Shown: in pieces, positions 55,079 to 64,000 of the stretch
Layout: every line of letters begins with the position of its first letter
Numbering within the stretch: position 1 is the stretch's first letter
From: Candidatus Multivorans sp.
Lineage (GTDB): Bacteria; Acidobacteriota; Thermoanaerobaculia; Multivoradales; Multivoraceae
Direction of reading: 5' to 3'
Assembly (NCBI GenBank): GCA_965247095.1
Contig: OZ251997.1
Coordinates: 1,888,001-1,952,000, forward strand
Length of the DNA stretch: 64,000 bases
Program-made: the position numbers and the translations under genes
Notes under the pieces: generated by a model
Told to the model about the DNA's origin: nothing
Seen by the model: the letters and a program-made list of their open reading frames with translations, nothing else
The model's database searches: none

Positions 55079-56132
55079 CGCGACACCGCCACTTCGCCCT
55101 CATGGCGCATCAGCAAGTAGAGGAAGAACGGAGCGCCCACGAAGGCCGTGACCACGCCCAGGTGGACTTCCTTGGGCGCCGCCAGCGTACGCGCCAGAAG
55201 GTCGGCGCCGACCACGAACCACGCCCCGGTCAGGAACGAGGCCGGCAGCAGGCGGCGGTGGACGGGTCCCAGCAGCAGGCGCACGAGGTGCGGCACCACG
55301 AGGCCGACGAAGCCGACCACACCGCTGACCGCGACGGCGCTGCCGGTCAGGATGGCGGCACTCCACAGTACGGCCCGCTTCGCCCGCTCGATATCGACCC
55401 CGAGCGATGCCGCCACCTCCTCGCCTTCAAGCAGCAGATCCAGGTCGCGCGCAAACCAGGCCGCCACGACGCAGCCCACGACCATCCCCGGCAACAGCAT
55501 GCCGACGTGGTTCCAGCCCCGGTCCGTAACGCCACCCATCATCCAGAAGGCGATCTGGCGCGCCGCCTCGTACTGCTCCCACGAGCGGGCGATCAGCCAC
55601 GAGTTGACCGCGGCCAGCAGGGCGTTGAGCGCCACACCCGCAAGCAGCAGGGTGGTCACCGGCGTGTAGCCGTCGCGGGTCGCGATCCGGGTCACGATCA
55701 GCAGCGACAGCAGCGCGCCCCCGACCGCGAACAGCGGCGCGGCGAGGAGGAAGGTGCCGGCCAGACCGAAAGTGAGCGCAAAGACGGCGCCCACGGCAGC
55801 ACCGGTACTCGTGCCGACGATCCCGGGCGAGGCGAGCGGATTGCGGAACAAGCCCTGCATCTGCGCGCCGGCGAGCGCCAGGCAACCGCCGACCATCGCC
55901 GCCACCACCACCCGCGGCGCCCGCAGCGACCACACGATCGTGTCCACCTGCGGATCCACGGGGCCGTACTCGCCGGGAAGCAGATGCCGCGCCAGCACGC
56001 CATGACTTCCGCTGGATCGAGAGCGACCGAGCCCCGGTACAGACCGATCGCCGCGAACGCCACGAGCAACACCGCGCCAGCGGCCATGTACCACCAGAAT
56101 CCGACCCGGTACACCCCCAGAGCGATTCTCAT
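55075..56132 (-). pseudogene. FecCD/BtuC-type permease split by a 1-nt frameshift near 56000 (pseudogene or sequencing error)
   Basis: N-terminus ...GSVALDPAEVM is in one frame and GVLARHL...RAPRVV...LFRNPLASP...VGAPFF in another; ATGGCGTG where ATG GGC GTG is expected. Confidence 0.75.
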
Positions 56133-57172
56133 TCGGCGCCACCCGCCGCCGCATCCCGACCGCCCGCGGCTTCAAGCCGTTCCGCGGCGTCAACCAGCGC
56201 GTCCGCGAGCCGGTCGACCAACCCGACGACGTGGTGCGAGACGGCGGCCATGTCCCGGCCGTCGAGGGCCACCACGTTGCCGAGTCCAGCGGCCCGGGTG
56301 CCGTCCGGGACGCCCACCGCCGCGGCGTCGAGCACATAGGAGTCAGTGAAGATCACGTCCGGGTTCCATAGCACGACCTGTTCGGCGCTGATCCGCGGCC
56401 AGCCGACGAGGCCCTTCTCCGCCGCGAGGTTCACCGCACCCAGGTAGCGAACGGCGTCGTCGAACACGGTCCTCCCACCCAGCACCACGCCGCCGCTGTA
56501 GTGGACGACGCGCAGGCCCGCCACCCGGGCGCCAGCCCGGGCCCGCGCCGCCTCCAACCGGGCCCGCATCGACTCCACCAGCCGCTCCGCCTCGCTCTCG
56601 CGGCCGATCGCGAAGCCGACGACCCGGATGTTGGCCTCGATCGCCGCCAGGCTCTCGTGATCGAGCAGGACGAGTACGGGCACACCCGCCGCCTCCAACT
56701 GGGCGAGTGTCTCCCGGGTGTTGAACCCGGCCGCGAACACCAGGTCGGGCGAAACCGCCAGGATCTCCTCCGTGCTGAAGCCGCCTACACGCCCCAGGCG
56801 CCGCGCCGCGTCCGCGCTGGGACTGAACGCCGGATCGCCGGCAAAGGGCGATAGCAGCACGATCCGCTCCGGCTCGGCGATCTCCAGTAGGATCTCGTCC
56901 GTTGCCAGGGTCCGCGATGCAATCCGTTCGGGCGGCGCCGCCAACCGCACCACTCGCCCGCCGCCGCGGATCTCGCGCCAGACGCCGTCACCACCCGGTT
57001 CGACGAGTTCGAGCTCGGCGCCCGCCACGCTTCCCAGGTACGCGGAGTGCTCGACGCCCAAGTCGAACGCGCCCGCGTCTCCGGCCTCGCCGTCATCGGA
57101 AGTCCGGGCACAGGCACAGACCAGCAACGCGAGACCGATCACCCGGACCAAGGGCGTCCGAGCCACGACCAT
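56129..57172 (-). CDS. Iron-chelate/cobalamin ABC substrate-binding lipoprotein (BtuF/HmuT-like)
   Basis: PERIAS..LATDEILL, EEILAVSPDLV, ISAEQVVLWNPDVI; lipobox-like LVCAC. Confidence 0.85.
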   Translation of the reverse strand: MVVARTPLVRVIGLALLVCACARTSDDGEAGDAGAFDLGVEHSAYLGSVAGAELELVEPGGDGVWREIRGGGRVVRLAAPPERIASRTLATDEILLEIAEPERIVLLSPFAGDPAFSPSADAARRLGRVGGFSTEEILAVSPDLVFAAGFNTRETLAQLEAAGVPVLVLLDHESLAAIEANIRVVGFAIGRESEAERLVESMRARLEAARARAGARVAGLRVVHYSGGVVLGGRTVFDDAVRYLGAVNLAAEKGLVGWPRISAEQVVLWNPDVIFTDSYVLDAAAVGVPDGTRAAGLGNVVALDGRDMAAVSHHVVGLVDRLADALVDAAERLEAAGGRDAAAGGAE

Positions 57173-57259
57173 CTCCGCCTGCATACGCCTCCGCACAAGT
57201 CGCGATCATAGTTATACTGCCGGCCCCATCGGACCCAGGAACGTCACGGAGCGGAGTTC

Positions 57260-57745
57260 ATGAGCATCAAGACCGGGGAGACGATCCCCGAAGCCAGCTT
57301 CAAGCAGATGACATCGGACGGCATCGTCGACATCTCGACGCGGGAGCTGTTCAAAGGCAAGAAGGTCGTCCTCTTCGCAGTGCCCGGCGCTCTGACGCCG
57401 ACCTGTTCCGAGGTCCACATGCCCGGCTTCGTCGAGCACCTGGAGACGATCAAGGCCAAGGACGTAGACACGGTGGCCTGCGTCGCGGTCAACGACGTCT
57501 TCGTGATCAACGAATGGCGCAAGGCGCGGAGCATTCCCGACGACATCCTGCTGCTCTCCGACGGCAACGGCGAGTTCACGGCCAAGGTCGGACTGGAACT
57601 CGACGCCTCGCGCTTCGGCATGGGCACCAGGTCCCGGCGCTACGCCGCGGTCGTCGACGACGGCGTGGTGAAGTACCTCGGCGTCGAGCCGGCGGGTCAG
57701 GTCGGCGTCAGCGGCGCCGAAGCAGTGCTGGAGGAACTCGGGTGA
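57260..57745 (+). CDS. Peroxiredoxin, Prx5-like
   Basis: VPGALTPTCS..H.PGF, VNDVFV, SDGNGEF, RSRRYA. Confidence 0.92.
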   Translation: MSIKTGETIPEASFKQMTSDGIVDISTRELFKGKKVVLFAVPGALTPTCSEVHMPGFVEHLETIKAKDVDTVACVAVNDVFVINEWRKARSIPDDILLLSDGNGEFTAKVGLELDASRFGMGTRSRRYAAVVDDGVVKYLGVEPAGQVGVSGAEAVLEELG

Positions 57746-57803
57746 CGCGTTCCGCGTCAGCCGTGAACCAGTCCATGCGCCCGTCATCGGGCGCATGGAT
57801 GAC
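57741..57803 (+). repeat. Two-hairpin repeat, family R3, copy 2
   Basis: TGACGCG-TTC-CGCGTCA, GAACCAG, TCCATGCGCCCG-TCAT-CGGGCGCATGGA; contains the peroxiredoxin stop codon. Confidence 0.8.
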
Positions 57804-57845
57804 ACTCGGCTGATCCAGCGCGGCTATCCGTAGCCCGGGGGTCTC

Positions 57846-58802
57846 TTGACCAACCACAAGGTCGACTCTCTCACCGACTCGATCTACGTCACCTTCGACG
57901 AGGAGGCGTGGGGACGTCTGCGTGCCGACACGCCACTGACGCTGTCCGAGAGCGAACTGCAGCGGCTGCGCGGCATCAACGAGAACGTGTCGCTGGACGA
58001 GGTCGCGCAGATCTACCTGCCGATGTCGCGCCTCCTGAATCTCTACGTCGGGCGCACCCAGGATCTCTACCGCGCCAGCACCACCTTCCTCGGCGGTCTG
58101 GCGCCCAAGGTGCCGTACATCATCGGCATCGGCGGCAGCGTCGCGGTGGGCAAGAGCACCACCGGCCGCATCCTGCGCGAGCTCCTCGCGCGCTGGCCGA
58201 ACCACCCCCAGGTCGACCTGGTGACCACCGACGGCTTCCTCCACCCCAACGCCGTCCTGAAGGAACGTGGGCTCATGGAGCGCAAGGGCTTCCCGGAGAG
58301 CTTCGACATACGCACCCTGGTCAACTTCGTCCTCCAGGTGAAATCGGGCGAGCGTCGAGTCAAGCACCCCGTCTACTCGCACCACTCCTACGACATCCTG
58401 CCCGGGGCCACCGAGATCGTCGATCAGCCCGACATCCTGATCCTGGAGGGCTTGAACGTGCTCCAGGCGCGGTCGGAGGCGCCGAAGAGCAGCCGGCTGA
58501 TGCTCTCCGACCTGTTCGACTTCTCGATCTACGTGGACGCCGAGACCGAGGTCGTGGAGCGCTGGTATGTAGAGCGCTTCCTGACCTTCAGGGGTACCGC
58601 GTTCCAGGACCCCGACGCCTACTTCCACCGCTACGCGAGCCTGAGCGAAGAGGACGCGATCGAGACCGCGCGCGGCATTTGGCAGGCGATCAACGAGCCG
58701 AACCTGACCCAGAACATCCTGCCCACCCGCGAGCGGGCGGATCTGATCCTCGAGAAGGCGCCCGACCACGCGGTGCGGCGGGTGCGTCTGCGGAAGCTGT
58801 AG
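57846..58802 (+). CDS. coaA: Type I pantothenate kinase
   Basis: [55 protein letters not shown]. Confidence 0.96.
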   Translation: MTNHKVDSLTDSIYVTFDEEAWGRLRADTPLTLSESELQRLRGINENVSLDEVAQIYLPMSRLLNLYVGRTQDLYRASTTFLGGLAPKVPYIIGIGGSVAVGKSTTGRILRELLARWPNHPQVDLVTTDGFLHPNAVLKERGLMERKGFPESFDIRTLVNFVLQVKSGERRVKHPVYSHHSYDILPGATEIVDQPDILILEGLNVLQARSEAPKSSRLMLSDLFDFSIYVDAETEVVERWYVERFLTFRGTAFQDPDAYFHRYASLSEEDAIETARGIWQAINEPNLTQNILPTRERADLILEKAPDHAVRRVRLRKL

Positions 58803-59408
58803 CTAGCGCGGCGCCTGCCAGTTCGGCGTCATCCATGCGCCCGATGACGGGCGCATGGACTGGTTCTGGCGCGGAACGCGCCACCCGGGTTCCCGCAGGG
58901 CTCCGGCCTCGTCGAGAAGCTCGTCCAGCCGCCCGGACAGGCGGTCGAACAGCGCCTTGAGTGCCAGCACCTCGGCTGCCTCTTCGCCGTCCTGGCTCCG
59001 CGCGTTCCGGGCCGCGACCGCCAGTCGCGTCTCGACGTTGCCGGCGCCGTGACGGGTGATGAAGCTGCCCAGGAGGTTGTCTCTCTCCGCCGGGTCGGCC
59101 TCCAGGTCGTAGAGCTCGTAGCGGTCCCACACGCCGTGGAATCGCATCAATCCGGGCCGCGGCTCGTCGGACGTGCCGCCCATGTGCCATTTGCCGACGA
59201 AGGCCGTCCGGTAGCCGGCGCCCTGGAGTTCCTGCGGGAAGGTCGGCGTCGACGGATCCAGACGGGTGCGGTTGTCGAGTACGCCGTGACGGTGGGCGTA
59301 CTGCCCGGTGAGGATCGAGGCGCGGCTCGGCGAGCAGAGCGACGTGGTCACAAAGGCGTTCTCGAACAGCACCCCGCGTTCGATCAGCCGGTCGAGGTGC
59401 GGGGTCTC
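58803..59408 (-). pseudogene. Sulfatase remnant with 5' truncation and large internal deletion
   Basis: ETPHLDRL..CSPSRASILTG..GKWHMG is joined directly (near 59150) to the C-terminal ELYDLEADPAE..NL. Confidence 0.8.
58828..58885 (-). repeat. Two-hairpin repeat, family R3, copy 3
   Basis: Reverse complement TGGCGCG-TTC-CGCGCCA, GAACCAG, TCCATGCGCCCG-TCAT-CGGGCGCATGGA. Confidence 0.8.
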
Positions 59409-59429
59409 GTCATCTCAGCTCCCGTCACC

Positions 59430-60353
59430 TCAGTCTTTCTGGGGAAGTTCGCCCAGACCGACCGCGGCCAGTTCCTCGGGCTCGTAGTTCCAGCGCCGGT
59501 AGTTCCACATCCACTGCTCGGGCTGCGCCCGCACTCTCCGTTCGATCGCCGCGGCGATCCGCTGCGACAGCTCGACCGCGTCCCTCGTACCGCCGGGCGA
59601 GCGCAGGATCTCACTCTCCAGCCGGTACGAGAAGGGGCCCTCCCGGACGCAGAACGCGGCGACCAGGGGGCAGTCGCGCTTGGCCGCCAGCGCCGCCGGA
59701 CCGCCGACGAACTCCGTGCGGCGGCCCAGGAAGGAGACCTCCGGCCCGCGCCGCTGGTCGGGCCGCTGATCGACCACCATGATCAGCGTCTCCTTCCGCG
59801 TGAGGCAGCTCAGCATGTCGCGCAGGAGAGAAGCGCGGCCGCTCCAGATCACTCGCACATCCGACCGCGCCCGCATCCGCTCGACAAAGAGCGACATCGC
59901 CGCGGAACGCGCGGGCTTGGCGACCGCGCACACCGGAGAGGCGGCCGCGCGCACGGTGCTCTGAGCCAGCAGTTCCCAGGCACCGAGGTGGGCCGTGACC
60001 AGCACCTGGCCGCGGCCGCAACCCTCGACCTCCGCCATCAACCGCTGCAGGTCGCCGAAGCCCTCCATCGCTCCTACCTCGAGCCGCTTCTGGTCGAAGC
60101 TGATCCGCACCGTCTCCAGCGCCGCCACGATCTGATGCCGGACGCAGCGCCACTCCAGGTCGCGCGCCTCCGGCGACCCCGGAGGCAGCCCCAGAACCAC
60201 CGCCAGATTGCGGCGCATCAAGCGCACGTCACGCGGCGTGATCCGGCGGCAATGGGCCAGCAGCCCCGCCAGCGGGCCGAAGGCGGCCGCCGGCAGCAGG
60301 CGCAGCAGCCACGAGGCGGCGTGGAGGAAGGCTCCCATGGTGCGATTGGACAT
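59430..60353 (-). CDS. Lipid A lauroyl/lysophospholipid acyltransferase family (LpxL/HtrB-like)
   Basis: TAHLGAWE, VDQRP, FLGR, VRAQPEQWMWNYRRW. Confidence 0.85.
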   Translation of the reverse strand: MSNRTMGAFLHAASWLLRLLPAAAFGPLAGLLAHCRRITPRDVRLMRRNLAVVLGLPPGSPEARDLEWRCVRHQIVAALETVRISFDQKRLEVGAMEGFGDLQRLMAEVEGCGRGQVLVTAHLGAWELLAQSTVRAAASPVCAVAKPARSAAMSLFVERMRARSDVRVIWSGRASLLRDMLSCLTRKETLIMVVDQRPDQRRGPEVSFLGRRTEFVGGPAALAAKRDCPLVAAFCVREGPFSYRLESEILRSPGGTRDAVELSQRIAAAIERRVRAQPEQWMWNYRRWNYEPEELAAVGLGELPQKD

Positions 60354-60609
60354 CAGGGACTTGGTGAGTGTAGTGAGGGATCCGTCGCACCACCGCAGTT
60401 CTCGAACAACGGGCCGTGGACTACGACAACCATCGTCTCAAAGATACTCGGCCCTACACGTATCCTGGCCCACCCGGTCGCTAGGGGCCGCGCCCGGCCC
60501 GTTCCCTGCTCCACGGCGGCGGCACGCAAGCGACGCCAGCCACAGGACGGCGGGTCAGCCGTCCCCGCGGGGCCCCCGAGGCGGAGAGACCGGGCGAAGC
60601 GCTGCAGAT

Positions 60610-60750
60610 CGAGCAGGCACCCTTCAAGGTGCGCACCATCCATGTCGATGGCGGCAGGGAATCACCGCCGACCTTGAACAGGCCTGCGCTGAGCGGGGAA
60701 TCGGGCTCGGTGTCCTGCCGCGTCACTCGCTCACACTCAACGGAAGCGGG
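60610..60750 (+). mobile_element. Degenerate integrase-core (rve, IS481-like) transposase fragment
   Basis: PFKVRTIHVDGGRE-(frameshift)-ADLEQACAERGIGLGVLPRHSLTLNG. Confidence 0.6.
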
Positions 60751-60764
60751 AATATGGCGGCCGC

Positions 60765-61075
60765 GATGACGGGATGACCACAGCGGAGCGCGGGAAGCTT
60801 CGGAGGCTTCGGCGGGAGAATCGGCGGCTGCGCGAAGAGCGGGAGATCCTGGCAAACCAACGGCCTGGTTCGCTCGGGAGACGGGGCCCACGAGGTCTAC
60901 GGGTTCATGAAGGCGAACCACGCCAGAAGAGACTCTTCCGCTACGTCGAGGCTGATACGATCCGCATCGTCGGCACTCCGCCGTCGGACACCGCCCTTCC
61001 TCAACTTCGAGAAACCTACCGCGAAGCCGCTTGTGTCCCTAAACGTAGACTGTCCACGAAACCGGGGCAACCTCG
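60765..61075 (+). mobile_element. IS3-family remnant (orfA end, orfB start, right inverted repeat)
   Basis: TTAER.KLRRLRRENRRLREEREIL, WFARETG, VYGFMKAN; IS3-like end CTGTCCACGAAACCGGGGCAACCTC at 61050-61074. Confidence 0.7.
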
Positions 61076-61191
61076 CTTCTTCGCAATTCCCCCGCATTGG
61101 ATCCCGTTCATTTGCTAGGTGTCGAGGGTGTGGCGAGCTGCTAGTGTGTCCCTCCAACTAAGAGGTTTCCCGCCTCAAGAAGGAGTTCCTG

Positions 61192-61455
61192 ATGAAGAAG
61201 AGCGTTTGGATCCACGCTGTGATGGCTGTCGTGGCGGCTGCTCTAATGGGCGTCGGGTCGGCCGGTGAAGTGCTTGCCGACGAGTGCGACCAGAAATGTA
61301 AATTCACCATTGGCCCGAACGGAACCACGGTGGAATGCACCACGGTCGCGCCCGGCGAGACGGGCGCGAAAGTATGCGTTCCAATCAACACGAAAGACGA
61401 CAACTACTGTGAACTTGAGCTATGCGACGACGGCTTTGCCTATCCGATAGCGTGA
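61192..61455 (+). CDS. Small secreted cysteine-rich protein (6 Cys)
   Basis: AAGGAG RBS; Sec signal ending VLA; mature 58 aa with C-x3-C-x12-C-x12-C-x10-C-x4-C. Confidence 0.75.
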   Translation: MKKSVWIHAVMAVVAAALMGVGSAGEVLADECDQKCKFTIGPNGTTVECTTVAPGETGAKVCVPINTKDDNYCELELCDDGFAYPIA

Positions 61456-61474
61456 CGAGGACGGAGCCTTCGAG

Positions 61475-63754
61475 GTGGGGCGCAAGCTAACTAAGATGCC
61501 TCAAATGGATGGACCCTGTCGCCGGCTTGTCCTGTCGGCCCTCGTTATGGCTGCGACGGTGTCGGTCCATCGGCCGCTGACGGCCCAGGTCGCCATCTCG
61601 GTTCAGGTAGAGGCGAATCTAGTGCCCGGTGAGGCGTCCCCGGACCAGGCCGAGGTCCTGCTGGCTCTCGCCCCGACCCGGGAGATCGTTGGTGGGTACA
61701 CGGTGAGCGAGATTCCGGGCTCGGTCACCGCCAACGTTCCCCCTGCCGCGAACGGATGGATCGTGGAGGTGTCGGCGCCCGGCTGGTGGGCGCCGACGGC
61801 TCGGGTGACGTCAGACGATCCGGAAGCCTCGTTGGTTCTGGTGCCCGAAGGTCGGCTCCGATTCCGTCTGGAGGGCGCCGACCTCGGCGTGGAGACCCTG
61901 GACAGCGGAAGCGTCCGAGTCTTCGGGCGAGTCTGGGGCGAGGAGACGAGGTTGGGGCGTGGCATCCACGGCGGGCCGTGCGAGATCGACCTCGACCGGG
62001 ACGATCGGGACGCGTCGGTTACATGCCCCTTTGCGCTCGGGGTAAAGGCGGACCTTCAGGTCTTTCTAGGGCCCTTCCTGCCGTGGATCCAGTCTGGTGT
62101 CGTGGTGGCCGAGAACACCGACTTCGGAGCATTCAATCCGGAGCGCGGAGCCTCGGCCTCCGGCCGCGTGCGGGCTGCCGTCGGGCAAGGTGCCCTGCTG
62201 CTAGCCCTGTCGCCGAGAAACGGGTCCTTCCCCTTCACGACCTGGACCGACGAGCAGGGCGTCTTTGCGTTCGAGGGCCTTGCTTCGGGAACGTACGACC
62301 TCCATCTGGAGCAGTCGCCACGGGACCGCTGGGCGGTTCGGGTCGAGTCGGTGCTGGATCAGATCGACCTGGGCGAGATCGTTTCGGCGGCTGCCAACCG
62401 ATTCTCCGTGGACGTCTCCGCCCCCCACGCGATTCTTCCCAACCTGACCGTGAAGGCCAGTCGGGTATCCCTCCGCGAAGACGGCACGCCCGCACCCAGG
62501 GTCTTCGGGCAGCACCTCGCGAAGCGGTCTTTCGACGGTGGTTCGATCTTTGTCTGGTCTGGCATACCCGGCGGGTCCTACCTGATTCTGGTCGAAGGCC
62601 AGTGGGGCAATCGGTGGCATCGCGAACACATCGACTTCTCTGCTGCCTCCCATCATGCCATCGATATGGATGGGGTCCAGATCCGAGGTCGAATTCGAAG
62701 AGGCGCCAAGCCCCTGGAAGATGTGCTCGTCTGGTTCGGCGGTCTCACGGGCGGAGAGCGCATCGCCATGAAGAGTCGGCATGATGGTCGGTTCGAGGGT
62801 TGGCTGCCAACTCGTGCGCACCTCGGAGATTCCGGGGACGAGTGGCACGTCCAAGTGACGCAGGCGCCGGCCTGTGGGCCATGTGAGGGCGACTGGACAA
62901 CTTGGCAGAGCTTCGATTCTGGCCAGGTCGTGAATGCGGGCGTGGTAGAGATCGTCGAGAACGTAGATGGCGTCGGGCGTGTCGAGATCAGCCTGCCGGA
63001 CGGGCGGATCAGCGGCCGCGTCCTGCGAGTGGACGCCGAAACCGCTGACCGCACGGCCCTATCCGGCGCCACCGTCCGGCTCAGCGCGCGGGACCATGGC
63101 CGTTGGGACTGGAGTACCGTGACCTCGGAAGAAGGAGGTTTCGAGTTTCTTGGCGTACCAGAGGGGGAAGTCGATCTGTCTGCCGAAGCCCGTGTGGACG
63201 ATCAGATCTTTCGGTCCGGCCGAACGCAATTGCAGCTCTCGGAGGGAGCAGCCGTTGAGGATGTTGAGATCCACCTTGAACCGCAGCAGCTCTTCAACCT
63301 GCTCGTTCGGACACGCAACGGTCCGCTGAGGAACGCCACGGTCCTGCTCTTGGACACAGAGTCCGCAGCAGCCCGTGTACAGTGGACTCTCGCCAACGGG
63401 TCCACGCAGTTCTGGGTTCCTGCCGACCGCCTCGTCCAGTTCGTCGTTCTGGCCTCTGGCTTGGGGGCGGACGGGTGGCGGGTGAGATTGCCGCCAGAGG
63501 GCGATCTTGAAGTCGAGCTCTTCGATACACGAGGCGACCTGCTGCTGCCGGACACCGTCGAGGCGACGATCGTCAACTCCCGCGGCGTTGCGCTGCGACT
63601 CTCGGTCCTGCGACACGTGGGCCAGATTCGCGACACGGAAGAGGGCGAGGTGATCAGAAACCTCGCCCCTGGCAGCTACAGCTACTGCCCGCGAGACGCC
63701 GAATGCGCAATGGTGCACGTCATCGCTGGAACACTCAATCGAATCGGTCCGTGA
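61475..63754 (+). CDS. Large exported protein with several carboxypeptidase-regulatory-like beta-sandwich domains (start uncertain, possibly 61496)
   Basis: Signal-like LVLSALVMAA; repeats TDEQGVFAFEGLASGTY, TSEEGGFEFLGVPEGEV, IRNLAPGSY. Confidence 0.7.
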   Translation: MGRKLTKMPQMDGPCRRLVLSALVMAATVSVHRPLTAQVAISVQVEANLVPGEASPDQAEVLLALAPTREIVGGYTVSEIPGSVTANVPPAANGWIVEVSAPGWWAPTARVTSDDPEASLVLVPEGRLRFRLEGADLGVETLDSGSVRVFGRVWGEETRLGRGIHGGPCEIDLDRDDRDASVTCPFALGVKADLQVFLGPFLPWIQSGVVVAENTDFGAFNPERGASASGRVRAAVGQGALLLALSPRNGSFPFTTWTDEQGVFAFEGLASGTYDLHLEQSPRDRWAVRVESVLDQIDLGEIVSAAANRFSVDVSAPHAILPNLTVKASRVSLREDGTPAPRVFGQHLAKRSFDGGSIFVWSGIPGGSYLILVEGQWGNRWHREHIDFSAASHHAIDMDGVQIRGRIRRGAKPLEDVLVWFGGLTGGERIAMKSRHDGRFEGWLPTRAHLGDSGDEWHVQVTQAPACGPCEGDWTTWQSFDSGQVVNAGVVEIVENVDGVGRVEISLPDGRISGRVLRVDAETADRTALSGATVRLSARDHGRWDWSTVTSEEGGFEFLGVPEGEVDLSAEARVDDQIFRSGRTQLQLSEGAAVEDVEIHLEPQQLFNLLVRTRNGPLRNATVLLLDTESAAARVQWTLANGSTQFWVPADRLVQFVVLASGLGADGWRVRLPPEGDLEVELFDTRGDLLLPDTVEATIVNSRGVALRLSVLRHVGQIRDTEEGEVIRNLAPGSYSYCPRDAECAMVHVIAGTLNRIGP

Positions 63755-63797
63755 CTGGATGGTCACAGATCAACGACGAAACAAGGAGGAACTTCGA

Positions 63798-64000
63798 GTG
63801 TCTCTCGAAACAAGTGGACGACGTGCCGTCGTCATCGCAGTAGGCGTCATCTTCTCGGCCGGCTTGCTCGTGGCCCAGGCTGCGCCGGGGCCTGGCTACT
63901 TGGGAATTGGCTTTTCGATAGATCCCGAGTCGGGAGTACTGTCAGTACGTCAGATCGTCCCCGACAGTCCTGCTGCGTCTGTGGACATTGTAGTCGCTGA
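63798..64000 (+). CDS. PDZ-domain exported protein, N-terminal part (truncated by window end)
   Basis: AAGGAGGA RBS, GTG, signal peptide, then GYLGIGF...VRQIVPDSPAA. Confidence 0.65.
   Translation, partial: MSLETSGRRAVVIAVGVIFSAGLLVAQAAPGPGYLGIGFSIDPESGVLSVRQIVPDSPAASVDIVVA

Noticed and set aside
57172-57260. Cobalamin riboswitch upstream of the BtuF-like operon
   Set aside because: The intergenic gap is under 90 bp and has no B12-box.
61192-61455. Cys-rich peptide as a ranthipeptide/lanthipeptide RiPP precursor
   Set aside because: It has a Sec signal rather than a RiPP leader and no radical SAM or Lan enzymes are in view; kept only as a disulfide miniprotein.

Overview
High-GC bacterial window. 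An Acidobacteriota (Thermoanaerobaculia-like, possibly host-associated) origin is inferred from the Oar-type TonB-dependent receptors, the many sulfatases and a Calx-beta protein with tandem 'LCL-xGRF' domains. Most of it is metabolic and transport genes: sulfatase/FGE locus, SDRs, ABC/MFS/MATE transporters, a fused carboxylase, ppx, ltaE, coaA. Three accessory zones stand out. (1) 26.4-31.3 kb is a toxin-antitoxin and pseudogene hotspot (vapBC, HTH-hipA, hicB with a stop-inactivated hicA) with a 530-bp patchwork of diverged fragments of four neighbouring genes. (2) 43.8-50.4 kb is a defence island: higBA, a predicted CBS-HEPN/McrB/McrC operon, and a DUF3800-like gene behind its own promoter, structured RNA and terminator-like hairpin. 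This is the best candidate for an undescribed system. (3) 60.6-64 kb holds IS remnants followed by a secreted 6-Cys miniprotein, a large beta-rich surface protein and a PDZ protein. Three families of small structured repeats are present, one with covarying stems and a filled/empty site pair. No rRNA, tRNA or CRISPR array was seen. All assignments come from motif recognition by eye; no searches were run.
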